Shown here one piece after another: positions 48,555 to 59,091 of a stretch of 64,000 nucleotides of DNA. Below the pieces are notes generated by a model. That model ran no database searches and was not told where the DNA came from. It saw only the letters and a list, made by a program, of their open reading frames with translations. Within the stretch, counting starts at the first letter, position 1; every line of letters begins with the position of its first letter. A program made the position numbers and the translations under genes. Source of the DNA: Nitrospirota bacterium (GTDB taxonomy: Bacteria > Nitrospirota > UBA9217); assembly GCA_963818475.1 (NCBI GenBank), contig CAWFSF010000006.1, positions 32,001 to 96,000 on the forward strand, read 5' to 3'.

Positions 48555-49405
48555 TCACTTTTCCTCAAAATTCTTTATTGCCTTGCTTACCGTAGTATAG
48601 TGAATTCCGAGATGGTCCGCAATCTCTTTCAGGGTATATCCATGTTTAACAAAGGCAGAATGCATGCATTTGTTTCTTCTGCTCGCGCTGTCCTGTTTGC
48701 AAGCAATTTAGACAGGCTGGGTCTGCTCACATATCGCTGGGACCTCGGAATCTCCTTTACCTGCTCTTTATCGCTCAAAAGGTCTTTATACTTATCGATG
48801 AAGCCTTCTTCTCCTAAGAGCACCTGTCCCTGAAGATCAGCCCACGGCGAACCCTTTTGGATTCCTTCACTGACGAACTGGCGGTAGCGTTTTTGCGCCT
48901 CTGCTTTTTTCCTGCTGAAAAGGCCGAGTACCCAGTCTACGGTAAGACAGCCGGGCACTTTTATGAGGCCCGCAGTGGCTCCATAACTGCTCCATTTCCA
49001 TTCTTCAGGCTTATCAACCATATTAGCTCTCACCGGATTCAATACCACATACCGGCACAGTTCTAAAAGGTAGTTCTCTTTTTCCACGAGAATGGCCTTG
49101 TATCGTCCCTGGAAGATGTGACCGGTCTTGCTGTGCCACCAGTTGTATTTCTGGGTATAGACGCCGTTGAGTTGCCGCATGCCACGGGACAGATTGGCAT
49201 CCGGGGTCTCAATCATAAGGTGGTAGTGGTTGTCCATGAGGCAATAGGCATGACACAGCCAGTTGTACCGCTTCACGACAGAATCGAGGACCGACAGAAA
49301 ATTCTCTCTGTCCTGATCGCCGAGGAATATCTTGCCTCGTGCATTGCCACGGGAGGTAACATGATAAACGGCATTTGGGTATTCAATTCTCAGTGGTCTT
49401 GTCAT
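48555..49405 (-). mobile_element. REP-associated tyrosine transposase (Y1/HUH) with C-terminal HTH (frameshift near 3' end)
   Basis: RPLRIE, YHVTSRGN, YCLMDNHYHL, HIFQGRY, RYVVLNPVRA, WSSY; tail YTLKEIADHLGIHYTTVSK. Confidence 0.9.
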
Positions 49406-49417
49406 AATGTTACCTTA

Positions 49418-49460
49418 CTATTTGCTCCTGCTATTTGCTCCCTGACCCTATTTGCTCCCT
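49418..49460. repeat. inverted related tandem repeat upstream of RAYT
   Basis: ctatttgctcc x3; reverse complement ggagcaaatagggtca resembles ggagcatacagggtca. Confidence 0.8.
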
Positions 49461-50358
49461 AAGGGCGTTCATCCGGCAAAACCTGTTTTTCTCCCGGTGG
49501 GGCCGTCGCGGCAGTTTCTTTATTTCCATGGAAGATATACCAGGCAAGATTCGAAGCCAGTCGACCGATCGCAACATCCATTTCAGCCTGCACCGCCGCC
49601 CATTGCCCGGCTGACCAGGCATCGAGGCTTCTGGTTGATTCGCCGTTCTCGCACCGTTCCGCCTGGTACAAGACGCTGTTGTCACGAGTGTCCGTCAGTT
49701 TCACCTCCGCGCATGCCTTGAGCGCCAGTTCCGATTCGAGATTCTTTCCCGACAGCGCGACCACGAAACGATCGACTTCCAGAACGGCATCCGCTCCCTT
49801 TGCCGCAAGATCGCGATAGTCTCCCTCGGGCCGCCGGTCGATCAGCCGAATTCCTTCCCGCTCCTGAACGCATGACCGGCGATGCCTTCCTGGGGCGCAT
49901 AGAGCTTCTGCTCAAAAAGCGCGACGGTGCGGTCCCGCTCGGGAAGGTACTGCGCAAGCCCTTTCTTCGCGCGGTCCACATCTTCCGCCGAAGGCGAGCC
50001 GACAGCACCTGCTATGGCTCCGCCGATCCCGACGACCGGCGTAAGTGCCGCACAGACTAGGATAACTCCTATACCAACGATAGCACCTAGATCAGAACTT
50101 CCAAGAGACCCCGCCTGGTGCACCAGACCATAAACTGCCGACCGCCGATCCGGCGCTCTTGCCCGCGCCTTCGCCTTTGCTGCCCGGCATTCCCCGTATC
50201 CCGCTTGCCACGGGTGACGACGCAATGACCACTGCCACGATGTGAGGACTGCGTTCGTACAGGGTCGGTCCATGAGGAACGCACCCGGAAGGGAAGATGA
50301 GCAATAGAATGAGTATGGGAAAGATAGTTAGCCCAACAATGCTTCGATGATCCATTCG
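49459..50358 (-). CDS. hypothetical lipoprotein (several frameshifts)
   Basis: signal peptide with PSGC lipobox, Gly-rich hydrophobic segment, chained ORFs. Confidence 0.45.
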
Positions 50359-50415
50359 GCCTCCTGTGGCTCCTGGCGCGTCGGACTCGACCCGCAGGTT
50401 AAAATCCCGCATTAA

Positions 50416-51264
50416 TCAGCGGGAAAAAGAACGGCCCTTGTCCGGGAATCTGTTCGTCACAATATTAAACAAACCAATCTGCACTCCAGAAAGAGAGTCA
50501 CAGACATTAAGAATGAGTCCCACCTGGATGCCGTGCATGTCTGCTGCATAATTTCCGAACCCTATTTGAACGCCATGTACGGCTCCGTCACCTTGGTTTA
50601 AAAAACCTACCTGCAATCCAGTTATATTCTCGGCACCGTTTACAAAAAAAGCTTGGATGCCAGTGACATTCTCCCCAACATTTAATGCGCCTATCTGCAA
50701 ACCATTGACATTCTCTCCGGCATTTATAAAGCCTAGTTCCAAACCACTGACATTCTTCCCGCCATTTAAGAAGCCCAGCTGAGCGCCGTTAGTTTCACCT
50801 AAATTGATATTTGCTGCAGCTGCTTGGATACCGGTTATGGAAGCCTTAGAAGATCCTGCATTAAGAACACCTATCTGGCCCCCGCTAAAAGTAGAATTGC
50901 CCGCATAGTTTATACCTGCTATTTGAATTCCCCATGATTCCTTTCTCTCGTGTCCTGAGAGCCAGTTGACCCCGCCGATTTCAATGCCCTTTAGCGACTC
51001 TGTAACATTCACAAGGCCAGCGTCGATTCCCATAACAGAGGTATTTTCCCCCCACAGAAGGTTCAGACGGGCGCCACAGATCGAATTTTCCTTTAGAATA
51101 AGTTGAACAGACGGCAATAGGCTTACCTGGAGTGGATTGCAATCTTCGGCACGCGACGATTTCGATAGAAAGACAATGGCAAGGCAAAGCATGCTGAGGA
51201 AGACGTTCTTTGTGCAAAATATTTTAAAAAATAGCGGCGTCCGAAGAGTGTTTTGCATCGACAT
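50416..51264 (-). CDS. LA_2272-like surface repeat protein (beta-helix GxQxGxxN repeats)
   Basis: repeated GLQIGALN/GVQIGFGN units; signal peptide. Confidence 0.75.
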   Translation of the reverse strand: MSMQNTLRTPLFFKIFCTKNVFLSMLCLAIVFLSKSSRAEDCNPLQVSLLPSVQLILKENSICGARLNLLWGENTSVMGIDAGLVNVTESLKGIEIGGVNWLSGHERKESWGIQIAGINYAGNSTFSGGQIGVLNAGSSKASITGIQAAAANINLGETNGAQLGFLNGGKNVSGLELGFINAGENVNGLQIGALNVGENVTGIQAFFVNGAENITGLQVGFLNQGDGAVHGVQIGFGNYAADMHGIQVGLILNVCDSLSGVQIGLFNIVTNRFPDKGRSFSR

Positions 51265-51273
51265 GATTACCTC

Positions 51274-51332
51274 TTTTAACGCGGCGCTGACGCGCCGACT
51301 TTGGCGCGTCGCTGTCGAGCGCCAGGTTGTGA
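51274..51332 (-). mobile_element. attC site
   Basis: minus strand CACAACCTGGCGCTCGACAGCGACGCGCCAAAGTCGGCGCGTCAGCGCCGCGTTAAAA. Confidence 0.8.
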
Positions 51333-51356
51333 CTGATCCTATTACAATCTCTTCAC

Positions 51357-52316
51357 TCAGTTGGCACTCCACTGTTTCGGAGTTGCGTTTGGATTTGCGA
51401 GATCTAACTTGGTTTCTACAAGTTCAACGTCGCAACCGCTTTCACTCAGCAAGAACTGATTCGCCATATATTTAAATTTCGTATAAAGAACGATTTTCTC
51501 TGAAGTAACCCACTCTCCAAAGTAAACATAATCGTCGTAATCAGAGCCAATGTATACATTTCCTAGGCTCGGCATTGTCTCGCCCTTTTTAATAACGGAA
51601 ATATGAAGTTGACCTCTGTTTTTACCATTTCTATATCTGTACGCGACAAGTTCTTTGCTCCCATCAGGTGAAAGCGAACGATGTTCGACGAAAAGAGGTG
51701 AGGAAGTATCAAATCCCTTCGTACGAGCAATAACTTTTATGTCGCTTATCTGAGAAACATCCTGCTTGAAGTTCTTCTTCTTTGCTTGATATCCACGAAC
51801 ATCTACTTCAACTTCCACAGAATCATTACTGAGCCATTTAGCGTGTCTGTATTCATTCGGCAGTTTAAACCGTGACAAGTTCTTGGACTCGTCCTTTACG
51901 GCGATTAATGCGGTAAATGTTGTCGTATAACCCAAAGCGCCGATGTCATAGGCATATTCAATAATTTCATGTTTTTCGTCGGGAGAAAGCACCTTGCTGT
52001 GGATTACAATATCTTTGTCAGTCAGATATTGAGCCGAGTCAAGGTTGGCAAAAATTAATACCACTATTACCGAAAGAAGGTTAATTGTAAGTGGGATACT
52101 TGATTTTATATATCCGTCCTTTTTGTTCCGAAAAAGGCTCACAATGGAAGCGATGACTAGCACGCACCAAAGGACAACAAATAGCAGGCCAGCCTCTATG
52201 AAGAGAAAAACAGCGGCTAACGGATTTGCGTGTGCAAAAAAGAAAATGCCTATCAGAACCAGTAGAAATACAACTGATAAGCTATTAAGAACAACGCTTG
52301 ATTTCGAGGCTGCCAT
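51357..52316 (-). CDS. hypothetical membrane protein with duplicated SPDxxxE beta-repeat domain (cassette)
   Basis: 3 TM segments, LSPDEKHEI / LSPDGSKEL internal repeat; between attC sites. Confidence 0.7.
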   Translation of the reverse strand: MAASKSSVVLNSLSVVFLLVLIGIFFFAHANPLAAVFLFIEAGLLFVVLWCVLVIASIVSLFRNKKDGYIKSSIPLTINLLSVIVVLIFANLDSAQYLTDKDIVIHSKVLSPDEKHEIIEYAYDIGALGYTTTFTALIAVKDESKNLSRFKLPNEYRHAKWLSNDSVEVEVDVRGYQAKKKNFKQDVSQISDIKVIARTKGFDTSSPLFVEHRSLSPDGSKELVAYRYRNGKNRGQLHISVIKKGETMPSLGNVYIGSDYDDYVYFGEWVTSEKIVLYTKFKYMANQFLLSESGCDVELVETKLDLANPNATPKQWSAN

Positions 52317-52340
52317 ACGATTACATTGCCCCTCTAAGAT

Positions 52341-52395
52341 AGACAACGCGGAGTTCACACGCCGCGAAGCGGTCGGCGTGGAACGATTTGTTATT
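52341..52395 (-). mobile_element. attC site
   Basis: same family as the 47336 and 47987 sites (gagttcacacgccgcgaagcggtcggcgtggaacga). Confidence 0.85.
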
Positions 52396-52427
52396 AATTA
52401 ATTTATTTACTCTAGTTCTCTAAATAT

Positions 52428-53402
52428 TTAACCTTTTACAGTTTTAATTTTCTCTAATTTATTTAATAATTCATTTTTACTGTTATTGTACCTATCTGGA
52501 ACTTCTTTTATGACGTTAATTGCTTCTTCTTTAGATGACGAATCTATTTGAGATAACTCGCCTAATGTTTCGGATATCTGTTCTAAGTAAGTATCGTAAT
52601 CCCTATCTTCATCTGGATGTTTCAACAGAAGCTCTAATTCCTCTACCTGTGCGGACAGGGCATTTTCCATTATCCCGCGAAACTTCCAAGTATAGAACTC
52701 GTTTCTTGCAACGTTCCGGCTGACCATGTCGATTCTTTTAGATATAAGATTTCTTAATTTCTCTTCAGTACTTTTAATCTTATTGTTGACGTTATCAATT
52801 TGATTTTTAATATTATCACTTAGTGTCGAAACTTCTTGTCGATAGCTTTTATTGAATGACTCAAGTTGCGTTTGATAATTATTTAATAGCGACTTATTGT
52901 CTTCTTTTATTTCTGCTCTTACTTTTTCGTGAAATTCACTATTTTTTGCGGTCAAATCCGCAATACTTGCGGACATCTCACCTTGAAGTTTAATTTGTAG
53001 CTCATTTAGTAACGCTGTTTTTTCGGCTGCAAAGGCACTCATTCTCATTGCCACTTCATTAAGTGCCGCATTCTTTGCTTCATTTATTTGTGCATTAATT
53101 CCATTTCGCATGTCAACCACTTTCTTTTCATTGAACCACCAGTTACTTGCAAACACCAAAACAATTGCCGTGGCAAGCCCCCCTAAGGCATAAAATATAG
53201 TTTTGAGAATCGCATCGTTTGATTTAACCTGATTATCATAAAGCATGCGATATGCTTTGGCTTCATTAAGGCCATTAGGATCGTTAAGTTGAGTAGAGGA
53301 ATTGGGCAGTTTGTCCTTGTTAGCATAAACAGGATTATTGACACCGATGATGATTGAGAAGACCAAGAACGTAAATACGTAGACGGTATATTTCATATTC
53401 AC
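52428..53402 (-). CDS. hypothetical coiled-coil membrane protein (cassette)
   Basis: AT-rich, signal/TM segments plus long heptad region. Confidence 0.7.
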   Translation of the reverse strand: MNMKYTVYVFTFLVFSIIIGVNNPVYANKDKLPNSSTQLNDPNGLNEAKAYRMLYDNQVKSNDAILKTIFYALGGLATAIVLVFASNWWFNEKKVVDMRNGINAQINEAKNAALNEVAMRMSAFAAEKTALLNELQIKLQGEMSASIADLTAKNSEFHEKVRAEIKEDNKSLLNNYQTQLESFNKSYRQEVSTLSDNIKNQIDNVNNKIKSTEEKLRNLISKRIDMVSRNVARNEFYTWKFRGIMENALSAQVEELELLLKHPDEDRDYDTYLEQISETLGELSQIDSSSKEEAINVIKEVPDRYNNSKNELLNKLEKIKTVKG

Positions 53403-53409
53403 TCCTTCA

Positions 53410-53493
53410 GAATAATGTTTAGGCTTCTTTCTGAACGCATTATTCAGAAAGAAGCTGGTTGGACTAAGCCGGTACGCGCTAACCGGCTATGGG
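53410..53493 (-). mobile_element. IS91-like terminus / attC-like double hairpin
   Basis: gcttctttctgaa/ttcagaaagaagc 13-bp stem, GTCCAAC on the minus strand, agccggt/accggct stem. Confidence 0.55.
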
Positions 53494-53742
53494 ATTTCTA
53501 AAGATTGGTCCTGCTTTTTAGAATTATGCTGAGAGTTCTGGAAGGGGCTTGGAGACAGTTGCGGGATTGATTTCAGTGAAAAGCGGCGATTCCGGACAGT
53601 TCCGCAAGCCCCTATTTGTCACGACTATACAGGAAACAGGACTCTCGGGCAATAGGATATCGTTGCGAAAAACAAGTCTGTTTTCGGTCAGGGTTGGCGT
53701 TACTCTTTTTTTCTCTTTCATGTCGTTCATTCTATTCCGGCA

Positions 53743-54410
53743 TCAAGGCCCGTTGCATCGCGCGGGCCGGAGTATTTCCCTCGTTTGCATTTTGCCTTCT
53801 TTGCAGACGGGGCATTTGGTGATATCTATGCCGGTGAACCTTAACAACGCTTCCTGCCAGGTCTCCTTGATTTTGTCGTCCTCTTTGGGTGTGCAGGCAA
53901 GAAACTGACGACAGGCGGCAAGTTTCTCCTTGCGGCAGCGATTGCCCAGAAGGCCGTAATGTCTGATTTTCACGAACCGGTCAGGAAGGACGTGAAGTAG
54001 GAACCGCCGGATGAACTCCTCGGCTTTCAGGGGCATGATTTTGGTTTTGTTCCCGTCCGAGTAGTCGCGCCACCGGAAAGAGACTTCATCGTCTTCGAAC
54101 TTCATAATTCGGTGATTGCTGATCGCGATCCGGTGAGTGTATCTGCCGAGATACTCCAGAACGTCCTTGGTATGCTTGAAAGGCGTTTTGCAGTAGACGA
54201 CCCAGTTCTTCTTGTACAGGTCTGAGATCAGGGCATTAAAGGCCCCCGGCGACGCAAGGTGGCTTACGGCGCCGGGGTAAATGAGTTTGTTCTCAGCACG
54301 GAGCTTTTTCAGATAAGCGATAAACTTCCCTCGAAAGAGCTTCGACATCACCTTGACGTGGACGAAGAAGTCCTTCTTGCATGACTTCCATTTCCGTCCT
54401 TCCTTTGCCA
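53743..54410 (-). mobile_element. IS91-family (Y2) transposase, 5'-truncated
   Basis: WVVYCK, YLGRYTHRIAISN, EFIRRFLLHVLP, KIRHYG, CPVC. Confidence 0.88.
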
Positions 54411-54419
54411 TCATGGGTC

Positions 54420-54716
54420 GCTCCCCTGCATCGCGGCGGGAGAAAGTACAATGAATGGTGGAGTCTGGAGCGGACGAAATCACCTGCATGGGACGAGGTG
54501 ATCGATAAGCTGGCTGATGAGATCAAAACGCGGCATTATTCACGAAAAACACTCAAGGCCTACGCCGACTGGTGCCGCAAGTTTCAGATCCATTTGAAAG
54601 ATAAGTCGCCGGATGATCCTTCCGCGACGGACGTGAAGGCCTATCTTACCTATCTTGCGGTGACGTGCAAGGTATCGGCAAATGCGATAAGGCCGAAAGA
54701 TGTGAATAATCTATAA
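54420..54716 (+). pseudogene. intI: integron integrase remnant (SAM-like N-domain only)
   Basis: IKTRHYSRKTLKAYADW...VKAYLTYLAVTCKVSA, breaking off before the expected STQNQA; divergent from the cassette array. Confidence 0.75.
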
Positions 54717-54894
54717 GGAGGATCATTGGGTGAGACATGAGGGGAAAGCGAAGAACCGGTGGATCGAGATCGTGCTGACCGATGGAGTAGACTGTTGCTT
54801 CCCAACAAAACTGAAAACGCAGGAGGATGTCCTCTCCGGCATTTTTTAGCTGTTTAAGATGTCGGATGAACTTCTGATAAAATCTGATGAAACA

Positions 54895-54945
54895 TCCCCC
54901 TCACCCTACCCTCTCCCCCAGGGGAGAGGATAAAGGTGAGGGGGA
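54895..54945. repeat. CCCTCTCCC/GGGAGAGG palindrome (also near 34681, 35514-35610, 37471-37585, 38096)
   Basis: ccccctcaccctaccctctcccccaggggagaggataaaggtgaggggg. Confidence 0.75.
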
Positions 54946-55031
54946 TTTATCTGGTAAAATGCCGGCGGAAATGGGGGGAGGTTTCTTCCCGCCGGCATGG
55001 TGAAACCATTCATTTGCACAGCTTCATGGAG

Positions 55032-56345
55032 CTACACTCCGCCTTTTTCGATGCTCACTTTCCTTGTTTCCTTCTGCCAGGTGAAAGCGCCGCTTTCCTT
55101 ATTGCCGAAGGGCAGGTAGATCAGCTCCACATCCACGGTCATATCGTAATCCAGGATGGTTCTCACCATCTTGTCGTCCTTTTTCACGTCCTCGACCGGG
55201 AAGGGGATCTCGAAGCTCTCGTGCACGGGACGATCGGGCGGCAATCCATTGTCACGGATGATGCCGCTCTTTTCATAGGGGCCGCGTCCCATCTTGTCTC
55301 CGCGGCCGAGCTGCTGGGGTATGGGCATGTACACCCGTGTCTGCTTGAACAACTCTTTACCGTTACTGTTTTTAGCGGTCACTTCCAGGACCAGCCGGTT
55401 GGGGGTTGGTCAGCCGTCCGGGATGGAGTGGCCGGACCGGTTGATCATCTCGACCCTTACCAGGGCCTGCGGCATCATCTTCGTGCCGTCGCGCCACTGA
55501 TACCCCAGCGTCTCGACCTTGAAGTCCACGGCCGCCTTGCCCATGGCCGGGTTCTGATAGCTCTGCATGTTGTGGCCGAGCTTGCTCTTTTTCATGTGGC
55601 ATTCCTGGCAGCTTTCCTGCCCGCCCTCGGCGCGGTATGCCCAGAGGTAGCTTCCGTACAGCGTCCCGCACTGGGACGGGTTCTCGAGCTCGAAGTTCGG
55701 TCCGAGCCCGTGGCACTGGCCGCAGAGGATGGACTCGTCCATGATCGGGCTCTTCTTCATCTTCGGATGGCCTGCGTCGGCATGCGCGCCGTCCTTTGAA
55801 CCGTAGACCGTGTCCTTTTCAGGGAACCCGTCAACCCATTTGTGCGTGATGGCATTTCGCTGGTGGCAGATGAGGCAGTTGATGCTCACTGACGAGAGCT
55901 TGGCGCTTGCCTGCTCCCGCGCATTCTCGCTTGCCTTGGGATCGGCAATGATGTAGCAGTATTTTACGATCTCTTTGGCCACGTCGTCTGTTGCGTCAAC
56001 GAGCTGTGGCAGGTGGCACTTGGTGCAGATCATCAGGTGCCTGATCTGGACGTCCTCGGGCTTCTTCACTCCCGAGTATTGCCAACTCATGAGTCCTACG
56101 GCCACAGTGGTCTTTATGGTTGCCGCGGTCCTGCCGGTTCCGTAGATCGAGCGCGCATGGAGCGATTGGTTCCATTCGTTGTAGACGGCCTCGTGGCACT
56201 GTTTGCATCCTGTCGAGTCGTACATCGCTGCGAGTTCGTCGATGGTCTTCGCCTTTTTCGTCTCCGCTGCACAGGCATTGCCGTGCAGATACGCGATGAG
56301 CAGAACGAGGACTGCGAATACTTCCCAGGACCATATCTTCTTCAT
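55032..56345 (-). CDS. extKL: pentaheme c-type cytochrome, ExtKL-like, with in-frame UGA (putative selenocysteine)
   Basis: 5 CxxCH motifs; GHSIPDG-TGA-PTPNRLVLEV continues in frame into ORF 55032..55382. Confidence 0.8.
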
Positions 56346-57232
56346 GCTGCAGCCTCCTTCCGGGTCATGTTGGAGCTGGTCGGTGAATGAGATCATGATG
56401 TCAGCGCGGAGAGTATAAAACCATGATAAAAATATAGATCAACAAAAGGGACTTTTCAAGTAAAGCAGGAAATTATTACAGGTCATTGATATTGCAGGAC
56501 TATTTTGACTGCGAGGGCGATGATCTTCTTCGGCACAGGAGAGCAGAAAAAAGCAAAAAACCGTCAAGGTGATCCTTGACGGTTTCAGATATGCCTGCGC
56601 ATTGAACTGATTTTGTTTTACTGTTTTACTGCCCCGCTCACGCGCTTCCGGTCTTTACAGCGCGTCTCGCATTTTTCAGCCTGTACTGCATGGTGAGATT
56701 ATGCAGGGCAGCGGAGGCCTGGATCGCGGCGCTCCGGTAGGACGGATGCATTGATGCAATAGCAGGTGAGACAGGCACTGAGGGAACAATGACGGTCTTG
56801 CGGGCAATCTCTTTCATGGCTTGACCTCCAGCAAAGTTTGATATCACCAGGTGAAAAGCAGCTGCCGCGAAGATGAGGTCAAAGATTAGTGCTAATCCCG
56901 CAAATTGTCAACAGGAAATATCCACTGATACTTTGGTAATAAGTTAAAAATATGCGCATCTGATAAACTCATGTTCCTTCTTAAGGAAACGGTGCGATTT
57001 GCTCCAGGGGCCCGCCTTCCGGCAGGACATGCTGCGCGACCTTGTTTGTACGCGTCTAGAGCATTGTACTTGACTACGTCCGTGATATCGGCAATAATAT
57101 CGGCTGATTCTGTTCCGGGTAAGCCTTATCATCGGCAGAATGCAGGTTGCCGGAATCGGGATCGAGGGCTGCTTCCTCGGCTCAGGGTATTTTGCGAAAT
57201 CGTTAAGAACAAGAGAAAGAGATACTTGAACG

Positions 57233-58045
57233 ATGGCTAAAAAACAAATGGTTCTCAAAAAAAAGAACAGAGACACTGTCGCCATGCCGCGGAAGGTGAT
57301 GGAGCGTGAGACGCCTCCAGGGATCTTTTCACTGCTCCTGATCGCGGCTGTTCTCATCAGTCTGGTGATCACGACGCTTGCCAGAAATGACGTGTATCGT
57401 TCAACGCTATCTTTGTGGAAAAACATTACCGAAACCTCTCCCAGTAAAAGACGGGCACATGAAAATTATGGACAGGCGCTTTCCACGGCGGGACGCCTGC
57501 AGGAGGCGCTGGAGCAGTTCAATACGGTTCTGGCGCTTGAGGACGATGGAAGTGTTCCACTGCGTGATCTCTACCGTGAGATCGGGGTGGTCCAATTCAG
57601 GCTGGAATCGCTCGATGCGGCGGTGGAAGCATGGCAAAAAGGCCTCCTTTATGCCGTTGGCGATCCGGGGCTCCTGAACAATCTGTCGGTTGCCTATATG
57701 CAGCAGAAGCGCTACGATGAAGCCGCGGCAAGCGCCGAGGAAGCATTAAAGGCAAATCCACAGATGCCCCAGTTGCTGAACACGCTGGGACAGGTCAGTA
57801 TGATAAAAAAAGAGTACGACAAAGCGGCAAAGTATTTTCTTGATGCCGCCCACGCTGACCCGGACTCCCCGTCCTACTACGCCAACGCGGCCATGGCCCT
57901 TGCACAGACGGGCAAGTATGACCTGGCATATCAGAACATGAGCATGGCCGAAGCCAGGATGGCCTATCCGCAACAGCGGCAGAATGCCCAGGCCTTCATG
58001 GCGCAGATGAAGTCATTTTCGGCGCGCGGCGCAAAAAGCAAATAG
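57233..58045 (+). CDS. membrane-anchored TPR protein
   Basis: TM segment then RNDVY...SP.K.RAHENYG and TPR repeats. Confidence 0.8.
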   Translation: MAKKQMVLKKKNRDTVAMPRKVMERETPPGIFSLLLIAAVLISLVITTLARNDVYRSTLSLWKNITETSPSKRRAHENYGQALSTAGRLQEALEQFNTVLALEDDGSVPLRDLYREIGVVQFRLESLDAAVEAWQKGLLYAVGDPGLLNNLSVAYMQQKRYDEAAASAEEALKANPQMPQLLNTLGQVSMIKKEYDKAAKYFLDAAHADPDSPSYYANAAMALAQTGKYDLAYQNMSMAEARMAYPQQRQNAQAFMAQMKSFSARGAKSK

Positions 58046-58229
58046 GTTTCAGACTTCGTTCCTTTAATAATGATGTATTGCCTTCTTTTCCTCCTCTTGA
58101 AGTCTCCTCTTGAAGTGACGCACTCTGCAAGTTCCACCTGCTTGTTGTCAGAATATACCCTCCTGGCCGGGTCCTGTTGCCGGTGACTCCTTCGGCTGTG
58201 ATAAAATAGAGATAAAACACGACAAGGAA

Positions 58230-59015
58230 ATGCGAATGGTCAGGCGTTCAGTGATCCCTGCGACCACGGTTATCGCTTTGAGCAATGCGCAGAAGGAGAG
58301 AAACATAAAAAGGACGCTTGTTATAAGCGATATTCACGGGATGCATGATGCGCTGGTTGCCCTGCTGCAGGCGGTCAGGTACGATCCGTTGGAGGATGAA
58401 TTGGTCTGCCTGGGCGACTATATAGACCGGGGGCCGGACTCGCGGAAGGTTGTGGAGCTTTTCATGGAGCTCAAGGAGCATCATGGACCGCGGGTGACGC
58501 TGCTGAAAGGCAACCACGAAGATATGTGCCTTCAGGCTCATAAGGACGGAATGAGCAGGGAAGGCAAGGCCAGGCTCAGGTGGCGCTTTGACGGCTGTGA
58601 GTCGACGCTCGCATCCTGGGGCGGAACGGTGCCACCCGAGGCGCTCCGGTTCATGGAGTCTTTGCTGCTCTACCATGAGAACCAGGACACGATCTTTGTT
58701 CATGGGGGCGTTGTTCCCGAACTGCCGCTTGAACACTCCGACCCTGATGATCTTTTGTGGAGCAGGAACGTGGCACCGCACTACAGCGGCAAGCTCGTGG
58801 TGGCGGGGCATACGGTCCAGTCGGAAGGCGTGACCTTCGATGCCAAGGCAAATACGCTGTTTATCGACACCGGCGCGTTCTTTGCCGTGCTGGGCATGCC
58901 GGGAAGGCTCAGCATCGTCGATCTGGCTGACAGGATGGTGCATTTCATCAGGACGGACACGGGAAAGCTGGGGCGCAGGAAACTGGTTGCCAAGATGGGC
59001 AGCGGGTCCCGTTGA
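58230..59015 (+). CDS. metallophosphoesterase, Ser/Thr phosphatase (PPP-like)
   Basis: SDIHG, GDYIDRG, GNHE, VHGG, GHT, IDTGA. Confidence 0.9.
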   Translation: MRMVRRSVIPATTVIALSNAQKERNIKRTLVISDIHGMHDALVALLQAVRYDPLEDELVCLGDYIDRGPDSRKVVELFMELKEHHGPRVTLLKGNHEDMCLQAHKDGMSREGKARLRWRFDGCESTLASWGGTVPPEALRFMESLLLYHENQDTIFVHGGVVPELPLEHSDPDDLLWSRNVAPHYSGKLVVAGHTVQSEGVTFDAKANTLFIDTGAFFAVLGMPGRLSIVDLADRMVHFIRTDTGKLGRRKLVAKMGSGSR

Positions 59016-59091
59016 GCGGGGTGTGCTTGCGGTGCTGTGAACAGACGGTGCGCAGCGCAGGATTGACTGCGAAGTGCGGCAGGCTGGCCTG

